From Macrostomum hystrix (Eukaryota; Animalia; Platyhelminthes), in contig CATNEN010000005.1 of NCBI GenBank assembly GCA_950097015.1, positions 5,890,001 through 5,954,000 of the forward strand: DNA of 64,000 nt, given 5' to 3'. The notes under the pieces are model-generated. The model was not told the DNA's origin and made no database searches. It saw only the letters and a list, made by a program, of their open reading frames with translations. Of this stretch, positions 46,774 through 58,100 are shown piece after piece. The position numbers and the translations under genes are program-made. Positions within the stretch are counted from its first letter, which is position 1. Each line of letters opens with the position of its first letter.

Positions 46774-46798
46774 GGCAACCAAATAGGGTTGCTGGAAC
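46771..46798 (-). promoter_or_regulatory. X-box-like sites at the dynein start (GTTCCAGCAAC; half-site GTTGCCATG overlapping the ATG)
   Basis: Partial matches to the RFX consensus; expected for a motile-cilia gene but short. Confidence 0.3.
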
Positions 46799-49295
46799 CC
46801 TTGGCAAAATCTGTTAGGCTTAACTTCAAACCAATGTTGTAGACAATTAATGCAAGATCAGATATAGAAAATCATTTAGATTTTTATCAATGAAAGCTGA
46901 AATGGATAAATCATTTATGATTGTACCAAATTAGTAATAAATTTAAATCAGATTATGCCACAGCTTTTTATAACTATTTATAGATGTAGTTTAAACACTT
47001 AAAAACTTGAAGATCTTTGTAAGTGATAAATTATACGAAATAATTTTAAAAGAATATATAGTACAAAAAATTAGAACTGTTGGTATTAGAATATAGCACA
47101 ATTTATACAACTATGTGGGAAAAAATTGTACTTAATGGAGATTGATGACAATCAAAAGTTCAGGCAGATGGCAAGTCATGATATAACTAGGCCTACTCTA
47201 ACCAATTCGTCTGAGCCCATAGGTCATATAGCAAATGGTCTCAGTAACAATGATCTCTGACTGACAGTATCCTTAGTGTACAAAATGCTTTTGCAATATA
47301 AAAAACATAATATAGGTCTCTCATGTTAATCATTACCTTTACATATTTACTTTTTACTTTTCATCAGTGAGCTTCATTACCTAAGTTCATTAACTTCTTT
47401 CGCCTTTAGATAGTTCAATTAGTTATTCCAAATATTGCTCTATAAGAAAATAAGAAAAAATTAATTTTAAATTATTTCAGTTTTTTGCTTTAGTAAACTG
47501 AACTTGACTTGCTCAGTAATGAAATATGGCTCATGGGCATGGCTAACTTCACAAATCAATTTGCCAAACAATGATAAATGATTTTATCAGACAGTTGTCT
47601 TGAGCTATTTTAACTTTGAGCAGCTCGTTTGTCTTTACTGATATTAGTCTTTGCTGCGTTGCCTTGCTTTCATTGCATTAAAATCTAAAATTTCTCTTCT
47701 GTTTCTGGTGTGCACCCAACATTTCGTTATAAAGCTCTAAAAATGTCAATACGAAAAAAACAGCCAAAAGTCAGGCGATTCCCATTAACTCTAAATCAAA
47801 TCATACGTATCGCGAAACAGCATGAAATATTTCCTTTCCACAAAAATCACCCCAGAACCTAGCTAAACTAAAGTATAATTATATATAAAAAACTGTCCGA
47901 AAATGTACTTAAATTGAATGTTCAGGAATTTAAAATTCGTATGACCCTAATCTTGAAATTTTGCATAAAGCGTACACTGATTAACATTGATTTCCTGAAC
48001 TTTTTTACTCAAACTAGAAAATGCGGATTGGTTCATCAATGTCCTTGGTTACGAACCATTCGTTAATTTTTTCTAATCTAAAAGCTTCTTGAATTTTATT
48101 GGTGCGTCTATGATTACAACCATGAAAAACGTTAATGTAAGCCATTTCAGTTTATGCGCAACAAAGTTTAATTATAAACAGGATAAATATTTTTTTAGCA
48201 AAGTTTGTTTAAAAATCAAAATCAGACAGTTCAATTTTGTTGAACTTAATGCATCCCAAATTACAAATTCTTTCCGTCATAAATTATTCTTTACTGTCAT
48301 TTTTAAAATAAGAACTAAAGGCCATGAGGCCTAAATAGTGATAAAACCTTATAAAGCTGAAAAAGCTGCAGAATTGATGTTCCAACGAAAGTAAAAAAAC
48401 ATATACGTACATATACATTTTTACTAAAAGGCGAACTTCTGTGACTAGCAAGAAAGTGTGAGAATCTCAGCTAAGCACATTACAACAAAGGATCAAAAAG
48501 CTGAATCGAAAAAAAGATATTTTTTTATCTTATGAATTAAGAAAGAATATATGCTGCGACATCATCGGTTTAAGATCGTATGCATATCGCAACAAATGAC
48601 ACAACGATCTGCAGCCGTTAATTGGCGCTACAAATTTGCACAGCAAAAACGAAAAAAGACTCGTATCTCATGTCAGTAAGCAATAATTCTAACAAAATTT
48701 TTATGCAAAGATATACTAGAGATAACAGTTCTTTTGGACGGGACGAGCATATTTAATCTACAGAAAAGAAAAACTCAAGGCCTAGCTCTCGCAGTTGTCT
48801 TGCACCTCACAATACGCCAACTGCAACAATAAGCCACAATGAGCATAAGACTCAGAGACTAAATCTGTTTGCAGCTAAAAAATGGAGGCTGTGGAGGCTT
48901 TGAAATCTTTCACCTGAAAAATCTTTAGACATAAAGGAAGGCCGAATCGAGCACAGACAAAGGGCCCGAGCACACGTTTTGGTGGGTCCTTTGTGTAGCC
49001 GCACAGATTCTCTATTGTGTTAAGGCACAATTTGAGTACAGAACTCATTCTTTTAAACGCTGAGCAGCCAGGAATGAATTTTATCAGGTATTAAAACTGA
49101 TGCAAATGGAGGCTGCGAATGGGGGATGGTCATTTTGTCTCCTACTCAAACTCAACTCAACTAGTAAGTCTACTCAGTGCAGCCATGCAGAAATATTTCT
49201 ATATGAGCTCAGAAAGCATTGCAATAGAGGAGCCCTAAAAACTGATGCACAAAGTCGCAATGCAGTGTGGCCTGCGATGCCCAGCCCATCCTTCT

Positions 49296-49317
49296 GTTGC
49301 TAGGCAACAATAAACAA
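49296..49317. promoter_or_regulatory. Canonical RFX X-box (GTTGCTAGGCAAC) plus adjacent forkhead motif (ATAAACA), copy 1
   Basis: Reverse complement GTTGCCTAGCAAC fits GTNRCC-N-RGYAAC; lies about 2.5 kb upstream of the dynein ATG; function inferred. Confidence 0.6.
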
Positions 49318-49683
49318 ACTTGCGCCAATTTAAGAGCCGGAGTGGAGCATCGTTTCGCTCTTCATTTGCGACGGCAGCTTTCAAGCAGCCGACTGACTGA
49401 CATCCACCGACCGAGTCTCTCCGTTTCTAGGCGACTCTCTCCGTTGCTAGGCGACTCTCTCCGTTGCTAGGCGACTCTCTCCGTTGCTAGGCGAGACTCT
49501 CCGGATCTCCCGTTGCTGCTGGAGTGCAGGTGAGGGGGTTAATTGCTGAACTAGTTTCCATAAACTACAAAACAGTGCTTTACTCTCTTAATGCTGTTAT
49601 TTCTAAACAACAGTAGGTATATTAGTCGTTTGTTAAACTATGCTTTAGCTGGATTTCAGAAACACAATCCTAAAGATCCAGAC

Positions 49684-50533
49684 AGAATGACATGAAATGT
49701 GAGACACAATGACATGAAATGAGAGACACAATGACATGAAATGAGAGACACAATGACATGAGATGAGAGACACAATGACATGAAATGAGAGACACAATGA
49801 CATGAAATGAGAGACACAATGATATGAAATGAGACACAATGACATGAAATGAGAGACACAATGACATGAGATGAGAGACACAATGACATGAAATGAGAGA
49901 CACAATGACATGAAATGAGAGACACAATGACATGAGATGAGAGACACAATGACATGAAATGAGAGACACAATGACATGAAATGAGAGACACAATGACATG
50001 AGATGAGAGACACAATGACATGAAATGAGAGACACAATGACATGAAATGAGAGACACAATGGCATGAAATGAGAGACACAATGACATGAAATGAGAGACA
50101 CAATGACATGAAATGAGAGACACAATGACATGAGATGAGAGACACAATGACATGAAATGAGAGACACAATGACATGAAATGAGAGACACAATGACATGAA
50201 ATGAGAGACACAATGACATGAAATGAGAGACACAATGACATGAAATGAGAGACACAATGACATGAAATGAGAGACACAATGACATGAGATGAGAGACACA
50301 ATGACATGAAATGAGAGACACAATGACATGAAATGAGAGACACAATGGCATGAAATGAGAGACACAATGACATGAAATGAGAGACACAATGACATGAAAT
50401 GAGAGACACAATGACATGAAATGAGAGACACAATGACATGAAATGAGAGACACAATGACATGAAATGAGAGACACAATGACATGAAATGAGAGACACAAT
50501 GACATGAAATGAGAGACACAATGACATGAAATG
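49684..50533. repeat. 22-bp minisatellite GAGACACAATGACATGAAATGA, about 38 copies
   Basis: Direct reading. Confidence 0.97.
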
Positions 50534-51115
50534 AGGCCCAATTTAGTCTCCAAATTTTGCACCTGAGCTAATTTTGCAATATTTCTTTGCGAATACATTA
50601 AAAGTCCATCTTCAAGACCTCACAGAAAGTCTTAAATTAGTATTTAAGAAAATTATTCTTCAAGCAATGGCCCTCTCACCCAAATACACCGAAAGCAATT
50701 CGCACAGAACAATGGACAGCAACAATGAACCCACAGCCGAAACTGTTTTGCAGCAATAAAATATTCAATGGCGAGTTTGAGCAGGCTAACTCATGCTTTG
50801 TCTTCGTCTCAAACTCAACTCGAGTCTTCTCTGTGCAGATTGAAGCAGCCCCTCAACCTGTGTGCTCAAAGTGAGCAGTGTTTAATCTCTCATGTGGCAT
50901 TGAAACTGTAGCGAATGGAAGCTGAGAATGGGTTGGACAAAGTCCTTTTGTCACCGACTCAAACCCATCTCAAATGCTTTAGTAGGCCATGCAGACCTGT
51001 CTCCGTATGGACTCAGTGTTCATGTACTTTAATCAGCTCATAGGGTGCTTGAGTAGCACAAACTGGAGCACACAGTCGCAATGCAGTGTAGAATGTATGC
51101 TCAGCCCATGCTTCT

Positions 51116-51138
51116 GTTGCTAGGCAACAAATAAACAA
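51116..51138. promoter_or_regulatory. Canonical RFX X-box plus forkhead motif, copy 2
   Basis: CTTCTGTTGCTAGGCAACAA is identical to copy 1 while the flanks are diverged. Confidence 0.6.
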
Positions 51139-51236
51139 ATTCGCACCGATTCAAAGTTACTGTCGAGTATCCGTTTTCTCTTCATTCACAGCCAACTGAA
51201 TCATTTTTTAAACTGCTGAAGCCTCTGAGTCTGTCT

Positions 51237-51636
51237 GTTGCTAGGCGAGTCTCTCCGTTCATAGGCGAGTCTCTCCGTTGCTAGGCGAGTCTCTCCGTTG
51301 CTAGGCGAGTCTCTCCGTTGCTAGGCGAGTCTCTCCGTTGCTAGGCGAGTCTCTCCGTTGCTAGGCGAGTCTCTCCGTTGCTAGGCGAGTCTCTCCGTTG
51401 CTAGGCGAGTCTCTCCGTTGCTAGGCGAGTCTCTCCGTTGCTAGGCGAGTCTCTCCGTTGCTAGGCGAGTCTCTCCGTTCATAGGCGAGTCTCTCCGTTG
51501 CTAGGCGAGTCTCTCCGTTGCTAGGCGAGTCTCTCCGTTGCTAGGCGAGTCTCTCCGTTGCTAGGCGAGTCTCTCCGTTGCTAGGTGAGTCTTTCCGTTG
51601 CTAGGTGAGTCTTTCCGTTGCTAGGCGAGTCTCTCC
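51237..51636. repeat. 20-bp tandem repeat GTTGCTAGGCGAGTCTCTCC x20 (X-box-like unit)
   Basis: Direct reading; a 4-copy relative lies at 49423-49500. Confidence 0.97.
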
Positions 51637-52321
51637 GGATCGCCCATTCCTGGCAGTGTCCAGAGGACTCAAAGGTAAAGTAAATTAAACTTTTTAGTTC
51701 AACAGCTTCCGACTTTTGTACGCACATCCAAGATCTTTAATCATAGTTTAAAGTCTGCATACTTTAAGTTACTTGTATCGTCATTTCCATTTGCCAATAG
51801 CTACTTCACCAGCTGTTACAGTATTTAAGTCAAAATATGTATTTATATGGGCTGGCCTGGCGGTGCAATCAGTGTGGAAAAAGTTGTCTTTTACAATTCC
51901 GTTTTCTGGATGCTATTTGCTACTTTCTACTGTAAGTAGTGCTGATTAGGCATGCTTTTAGGTTACTATTTCTTAGGTATTATACTTTTCATGTGGAATC
52001 AAGTGCTACTTTTAGGATAAAACTCACTGTTATTTCCGATAATCACTACTGTAATAATTTGACAAAGAAGTATCTTAGTCGAAGAAGATAATTTGCCCAG
52101 GAAAAATAATTTTAACGGAGGGCTTTAGACAAAGGGGACACTTTCTCAAATGAGGATATATCGAATACGGGACTTTTTTCCACGTAAAACAGATAAGCAT
52201 TTTCAAAGAGACGGAGAATGTAAAATCAGGGACGATTTACCATATTTAAATTTGACACACCAATTTTAAACTATTTGACCAGGGCAAATAAATTAGTAAA
52301 AGAAGTAAAACCAAGCTGTTT

Positions 52322-52958
52322 TACTTGCAGTAGTACTGTAGTGATATAATACTTGCAGTAGTACTGTAGTGATATTGTACTTGCAGTAGTACTGTAGTGA
52401 TATTATACTTGCAGTAGTACTGTAGTGATATTATACTTACAGTAGTACTGTAGTGATATTGTACTTGCAGTAGTACTGTAGTGATATTGTACTTGCAGTA
52501 GCACTGTAGTGATATTGTACTTGCAGTAGTACTGTAGTGATATTGTACTTGCAGTAGTACTGTAGTGATATTGTACTTGCAGTAGTACTGTAGTGATATT
52601 GTACTTGCAGTAGTACTGTAGTGATATTATACTTGCAGTAGTACTGTAGTGATATTGTATTTGCAGTAGTACTGTAGTGATACTATACTTGCAGTAGTAC
52701 TGTAGTGATATAATACTTGCAGTGGTACTGTCGGGATACTATACTTGCAGTAGTACTGTAGTGATATAATACTTGCAGTAGTACTGTAGTGACATTGTAC
52801 TTGCAGTAGTAATGTAGTGATATTATACTTGCAGTAGTACTGTCGTGATACTATACTTGCAGTAGTACTGTAGTGATATAATACTTGCAGTAGTACTGTA
52901 GCGATATTATACTTGCAGTAGTACTGTAGTGATATTATACTTGCAGTAGTACTGTAGT
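52322..52958. repeat. 28-bp minisatellite TACTTGCAGTAGTACTGTAGTGATATTG, about 23 copies
   Basis: Direct reading. Confidence 0.96.
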
Positions 52959-53094
52959 ACATTTTTTAATTAAGTGCGATAAGCTGCTTATTGAGAAGAT
53001 ATATTTGTTGATTAAGGGGATGACTTGGGGATTAAGGGAATCATTTTGGGATTTGTGGGGTTAATTTGTGAATTGAGGGGATAAATTTAGGATT

Positions 53095-55123
53095 TAAGGG
53101 ACAATCTGTGGATTGAGGGGATAATCTGTGGATTGAGGGGATAATCTGTGGATTGAGGGATAATCTGTGGATTGAGGGGATAATCTCTGGATTGAGGGTA
53201 TAATCTGTGGATTGAGGGGATAATCTGTGGATTGAGGGGATAATCTGTGGATTGAGGGCATATTCTGTGGACTGAGGGGATAATCTGTTGATTGAGGGGA
53301 TAGTCTGTGGATTGAGGGGATAATCTGTGGATTGAGGGGATAATCTTTGGATTGAGGGGATAATCTGTGGATTGAGGGGATAGTCTGTGGATTGAGGGGA
53401 TAATCTGTGGATTGAGGGGATAATCTGTGGATTGAGGGGATAATCTGTGGATTGAGGGGATAATCTGTGGATTGAGGGGATAATCTGTTGATTGAGGGGA
53501 TAATCTGTGGATTAAGGGATAATCTCTGGATTGAGGGGATAATCTGTTGATTGAGGGGATAATCTGTGGATTGAGGGTATAATCTGTGGATTGAGGGTAT
53601 AATCTGTGGATTGAGGGGATAATCTGTGGATTGAGCGGATATTCTGTGGATTGAGGGGATATTCTGTGGACTGAGGGGATAATCTGTTGATTGAGGGGAT
53701 AGTCTGTGGATTGAGGGGATAATCTGTGGATTGAGGGGTTAATCTGTGGATTGAGGGGATAATCTGTGGATTGAGGGGATAATCTGTGGATTGAGGGGTT
53801 AATCTGTTGATTGAGGGATAATCTGTAGATTGACGGGATAATCTGTGGATTGAGGGGATAATCTGTTGATTGAGGGGATAATCTGTGGATTGAGCGGATA
53901 TTCTGTGGATTGAGAGGATATTCTGTGGATTGAGGGGATAATCTGTGGATTGAGGGGATAATCTGTGGATTGAGAGGATAGTCTGTGGATTGAGGGTATA
54001 ATCTGTGGATTGAGGGGATAATCTGTAAATTGAGGGATAATCTGTGGATTGAGGGGATAATCTGTGGATTGAGGGGATAATCTGTGGATTGAGGGGAGAT
54101 TCTGTGGATTGAGGGGATAATCTGTGGATTGAGGGGTTAATCTGTTGATTGAGGGTATAATCTGTGGATTGAGGGGATAATCTGTGGATTGAGGGTATAA
54201 TCTGTGGATTGAGGGATAATCTGTGGATTGAGGGGATAATCTGTGGATTTAGGGGATAAACTGTGGATTGAGGGGATAATCTGTTGATTGAGGGGATAAT
54301 CTGTGGATTGAGGGGATAATCTGTGGATTGAGGGGATAATCTGTGAAATGAGGGGATAATCTGTGAATTGAGGGGATAATCTGTGGATTGAGGGGATAAT
54401 CTGTGGATTGATAGGATAATCTGTGGATTGAGGGGATAATCTGTGGATTTAGGGGATAATCTGTGGATTGAGGGGTTAATCTGTGGATTGAGGGATAATC
54501 TGTGGATTGAGGGGATAATCTCTGGATTGAGGGTATAATCTGTGGATTGAGGGGATAATCTCTGGATTGAGGGTATAATCTGTGGATTGAGGGGATAATC
54601 GGTGGATTGAGCGGATATTCTGTGGATTGAGGGCATATTCTGTGGATTGAGGGTATAATCTGTGGATTGAGGGGATAATCTGTGGATTGAGCGGATATTC
54701 TGTGGATTGAGGGGATAATCTGTGGATTGAGGGGATAATCTGTGGATTGAGGGGATAATCTGTTGATTGAGGGGATAATCTGTGGATTAAGGGATAATCT
54801 CTGGATTGAGGGGATAATCTGTTGATTGAGGGGATAATCTGTGGATTGAGGGTATAATCTGTGGATTGAGGGTATAATCTGTGGATTGAGGGGATAATCT
54901 GTGGATTGAGCGGATATTCTGTGGATTGAGGGGATATTCTGTGGACTGAGGGGATAATCTGTTGATTGAGGGGATAGTCTGTGGATTGAGGGGATAATCT
55001 GTGGATTGAGGGGTTAATCTGTGGATTGAGGGGATAATCTGTGGATTGAGGGGATAATCTGTGGATTGAGGGGTTAATCTGTTGATTGAGGGATAATCTG
55101 TAGATTGACGGGATAATCTGTGG
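53095..55123. repeat. 19-20-bp satellite GGGATAATCTGTGGATTGAG, about 100 copies
   Basis: Direct reading; a block of about 330 bp near 53510 recurs near 54785. Confidence 0.97.
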
Positions 55124-58100
55124 AGGGTGAGAGGGATGAGAGTGAGGAACTGAGAGGATGAGAGTGAGGAACTGAGAGGATGAGAGTGAGCAACTGAGAG
55201 GATGAGAGTGAGGAACTGAGAAGGATGAGAGTGAGCAACTGAGAGGGATGAGAGTGAGGAACTGAGAGGATGAGAGTGAGGAACTGAGAGGATGAGAGTG
55301 AGCAACTGAGAGGATGAGAGTGAGGATCTGACAGGGATGAGAGTGAGGATCTGAGAGGGATGAAAGTGAGGAACTGAGAGGGATGAAAGTGAGCAACTGA
55401 GAGGATGAGAGTGAGGATCTGAGAGGGATGAGAGTGAGCAACTGAGAGGATGAGAGTGAGGATCTGAGAGGATGAGAGTGAGCAACTGAGAGGGATGAGA
55501 GTGAGGAACTGAGAGGATGAGAGTGAGGAACTGAGAGGGATGAGAGTGAGCAACTGAGAGGGATGAGAGTGAGGAACTGAGAGGGATTAGAGTGAGCAAC
55601 TGAGAGGATGAGAGTGAGGATCTGAGAGGATGAGAGTGAGCAACTGAGAGGGATGAGAGTGAGGAACTGAGAGGATGAGAGTGAGGAACTGAGAGGATGA
55701 GAGTGAGGAACTGAGAGGATGAGAGTGAGCAACTGAGAGGGATGAGAGTGAGGAACTGAGAGGATGAGAGTGAGGAACTGAGAGGATGAGAGTGAGGAAC
55801 TGAGAGGGATGAGAGTGAGCAACTGAGAGGATGAGTGTGAGGAACTGAGAGGGATGAGAGTGAGCAACTGAGAGGGATGAGAGTGAGCAACTGAGAGGAT
55901 GAGAGTGAGCAACTGAGAGGATGAGAGTGAGCAACTGAGAGGATGAGAGTGAGGAACTGAGAGGATGAGAGTGAGGAACTGAGAGGGATGAGAGTGAGCA
56001 ACTGAGAAGGATGAGAGTGAGGAACTGAGAGGATGAGAGTGAGCAACTGAGAGGATGAGAGTGAGGAACTGAGAGGATGAGAGTGAGCAACTGAGAGGGA
56101 TGAGAGTGAGGAACTGAGAGGATGAGAGTGAGGAACTGAGAGGGATGAGAGTGAGGAACTGAGAAGGATGAGAGTGAGCAACTGAGAGGATGAGAGTGAG
56201 GAACTGAGAGGGATGAGAGTGAGGAACTGAGAGGGATGAGAGTGAGGAACTGAGAGGGATGAGAGTGAGGAACTGAGAGGGATGAGAGTGAGGAACTGAG
56301 AGGGATGAGAGTGAGGATCTGAGAGGGATTAGAGTGAGGAACTGAGAGGGATGAGAGTGAGGAACTGAGAGGGATGAGAGTGAGCAACTGAGAGGGATGA
56401 GAGTGAGCAACTGAGAGGATGAGAGTGAGCAACTGAGAGGATGAGAGTGAGCAACTGAGAGGATGAGAGTGAGGAACTGAGAGGATGAGAGTGAGGAACT
56501 GAGAGGGATGAGAGTGAGCAACTGAGAGGGATGAGAGTGAGGAACTGAGAGGGATGAGAGTGAGGAACTGAGAAGGATGAGAGTGAGCAACTGAGAGGGA
56601 TGAGAGTGAGGAACTGAGAGGATGAGAGTGAGGAACTGAGAGGGATGAGAGTGAGGAACTGAGAGGATGAGAGTGAGCAACTGAGAGGATGAGAGTGAGG
56701 AACTGAGAGGGATTAGAGTGAGGAACTGAGAGGGATTAGAGTGAGCAACTGAGAGGATGTGAGTGAGGATCTGAGAGGATGAGAGTGAGCAACTGAGAGG
56801 GATGAGAGTGAGGAACTGAGAGGATGAGAGTGAGCAACTGAGAGGATGAGAGTGAGGATCTGAGAGGATGAGAGTGAGCAACTGAGAGGGATGAGAGTGA
56901 GGAACTGAGAGGATGAGAGTGAGGAACTGAGAGGATGAGAGTGAGCAACTGAGAGGGATGAGAGTGAGGAACTGAGAGGATGAGAGTGAGGAACTGAGAG
57001 GATGAGAGTGAGCAACTGAGAGGATGAGAGTGAGGAACTGAGAAGGATGAGAGTGAGCAACTGAGAGGGATGAGAGTGAGGAACTGAGAGGATGAGAGTG
57101 AGGAACTGAGAGGGATGAGAGTGAGCAACTGAGAGGATGAGAGTGAGGATCTGACAGGGATGAGAGTGAGGATCTGAGAGGGATGAAAGTGAGGAACTGA
57201 GAGGGATGAAAGTGAGCAACTGAGAGGATGAGAGTGAGGATCTGAGAGGGATGAGAGTGAGCAACTGAGAGGGATGAGAGTGAGCAACTGAGAGGATGAG
57301 AGTGAGGATCTGAGAGGATGAGAGTGAGGAACTGAGAGGGATGAAAGTGAGCAACTGAGAGGATGAGAGTGAGGATCTGAGAGGGATGAGAGTGAGCAAC
57401 TGAGAGGGATGAGAGTGAGCAACTGAGAGGGATGAGAGTGAGCAACTGAGAGGATGAGAGTGAGCAACTGAGAGGGATGAGAGTGAGCAACTGAGAGGGA
57501 TGAGAGTGAGGAACTGAGAGGGATGAGAGTGAGCAACTGAGAGGATGAGAGTGAGGATCTGAGAGGGATGAGAGTGAGCAACTGAGAGGGATGAGAGTGA
57601 GCAACTGAGAGGATGAGAGTGAGGATCTGAGAGGATGAGAGTGAGGAACTGAGAGGGATGAGAGTGAGGAACTGAGAGGGATGAGAGTGAGGAACTGAGA
57701 GGATGAGAGTGAGGAACTGAGAGGGATGAGAGTGAGGAACTGAGAGGGATGAGAGTGAGGATCTGAGAGGGATGAGAGTGAGCAACTGAGAGGGATGAGA
57801 GTGAGCAACTGAGAGGATGAGAGTGAGCAACTGAGAGGGATGAGAGTGAGCAACTGAGAGGGATGAGAGTGAGCAACTGAGAGGATGAGAGTGAGCAACT
57901 GAGAGGGATGAGAGTGAGCAACTGAGAGGGATGAGAGTGAGCAACTGAGAGGGATGAGAGTGAGCAACTGAGAGGATGAGAGTGAGGAACTGAGAGGGAT
58001 GAGAGTGAGGAACTGAGAAGGATGAGAGTGAGGAACTGAGAGGGATGAGAGTGAGGAACTGAGAGGGATGAGAGTGAGGAACTGAGAGGGATGAGAGTGA

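Noticed and set aside
52089-52293. Possible 200-bp MITE with short inverted ends (ATTTGCCCAGG / CCAGGGCAAAT)
   Set aside because: The inverted match is short and imperfect and no TSD was found.
15487-52958. Tandem arrays as CRISPR arrays
   Set aside because: Repeats are head-to-tail with no unique spacers, there are no cas genes, and the context is eukaryotic.
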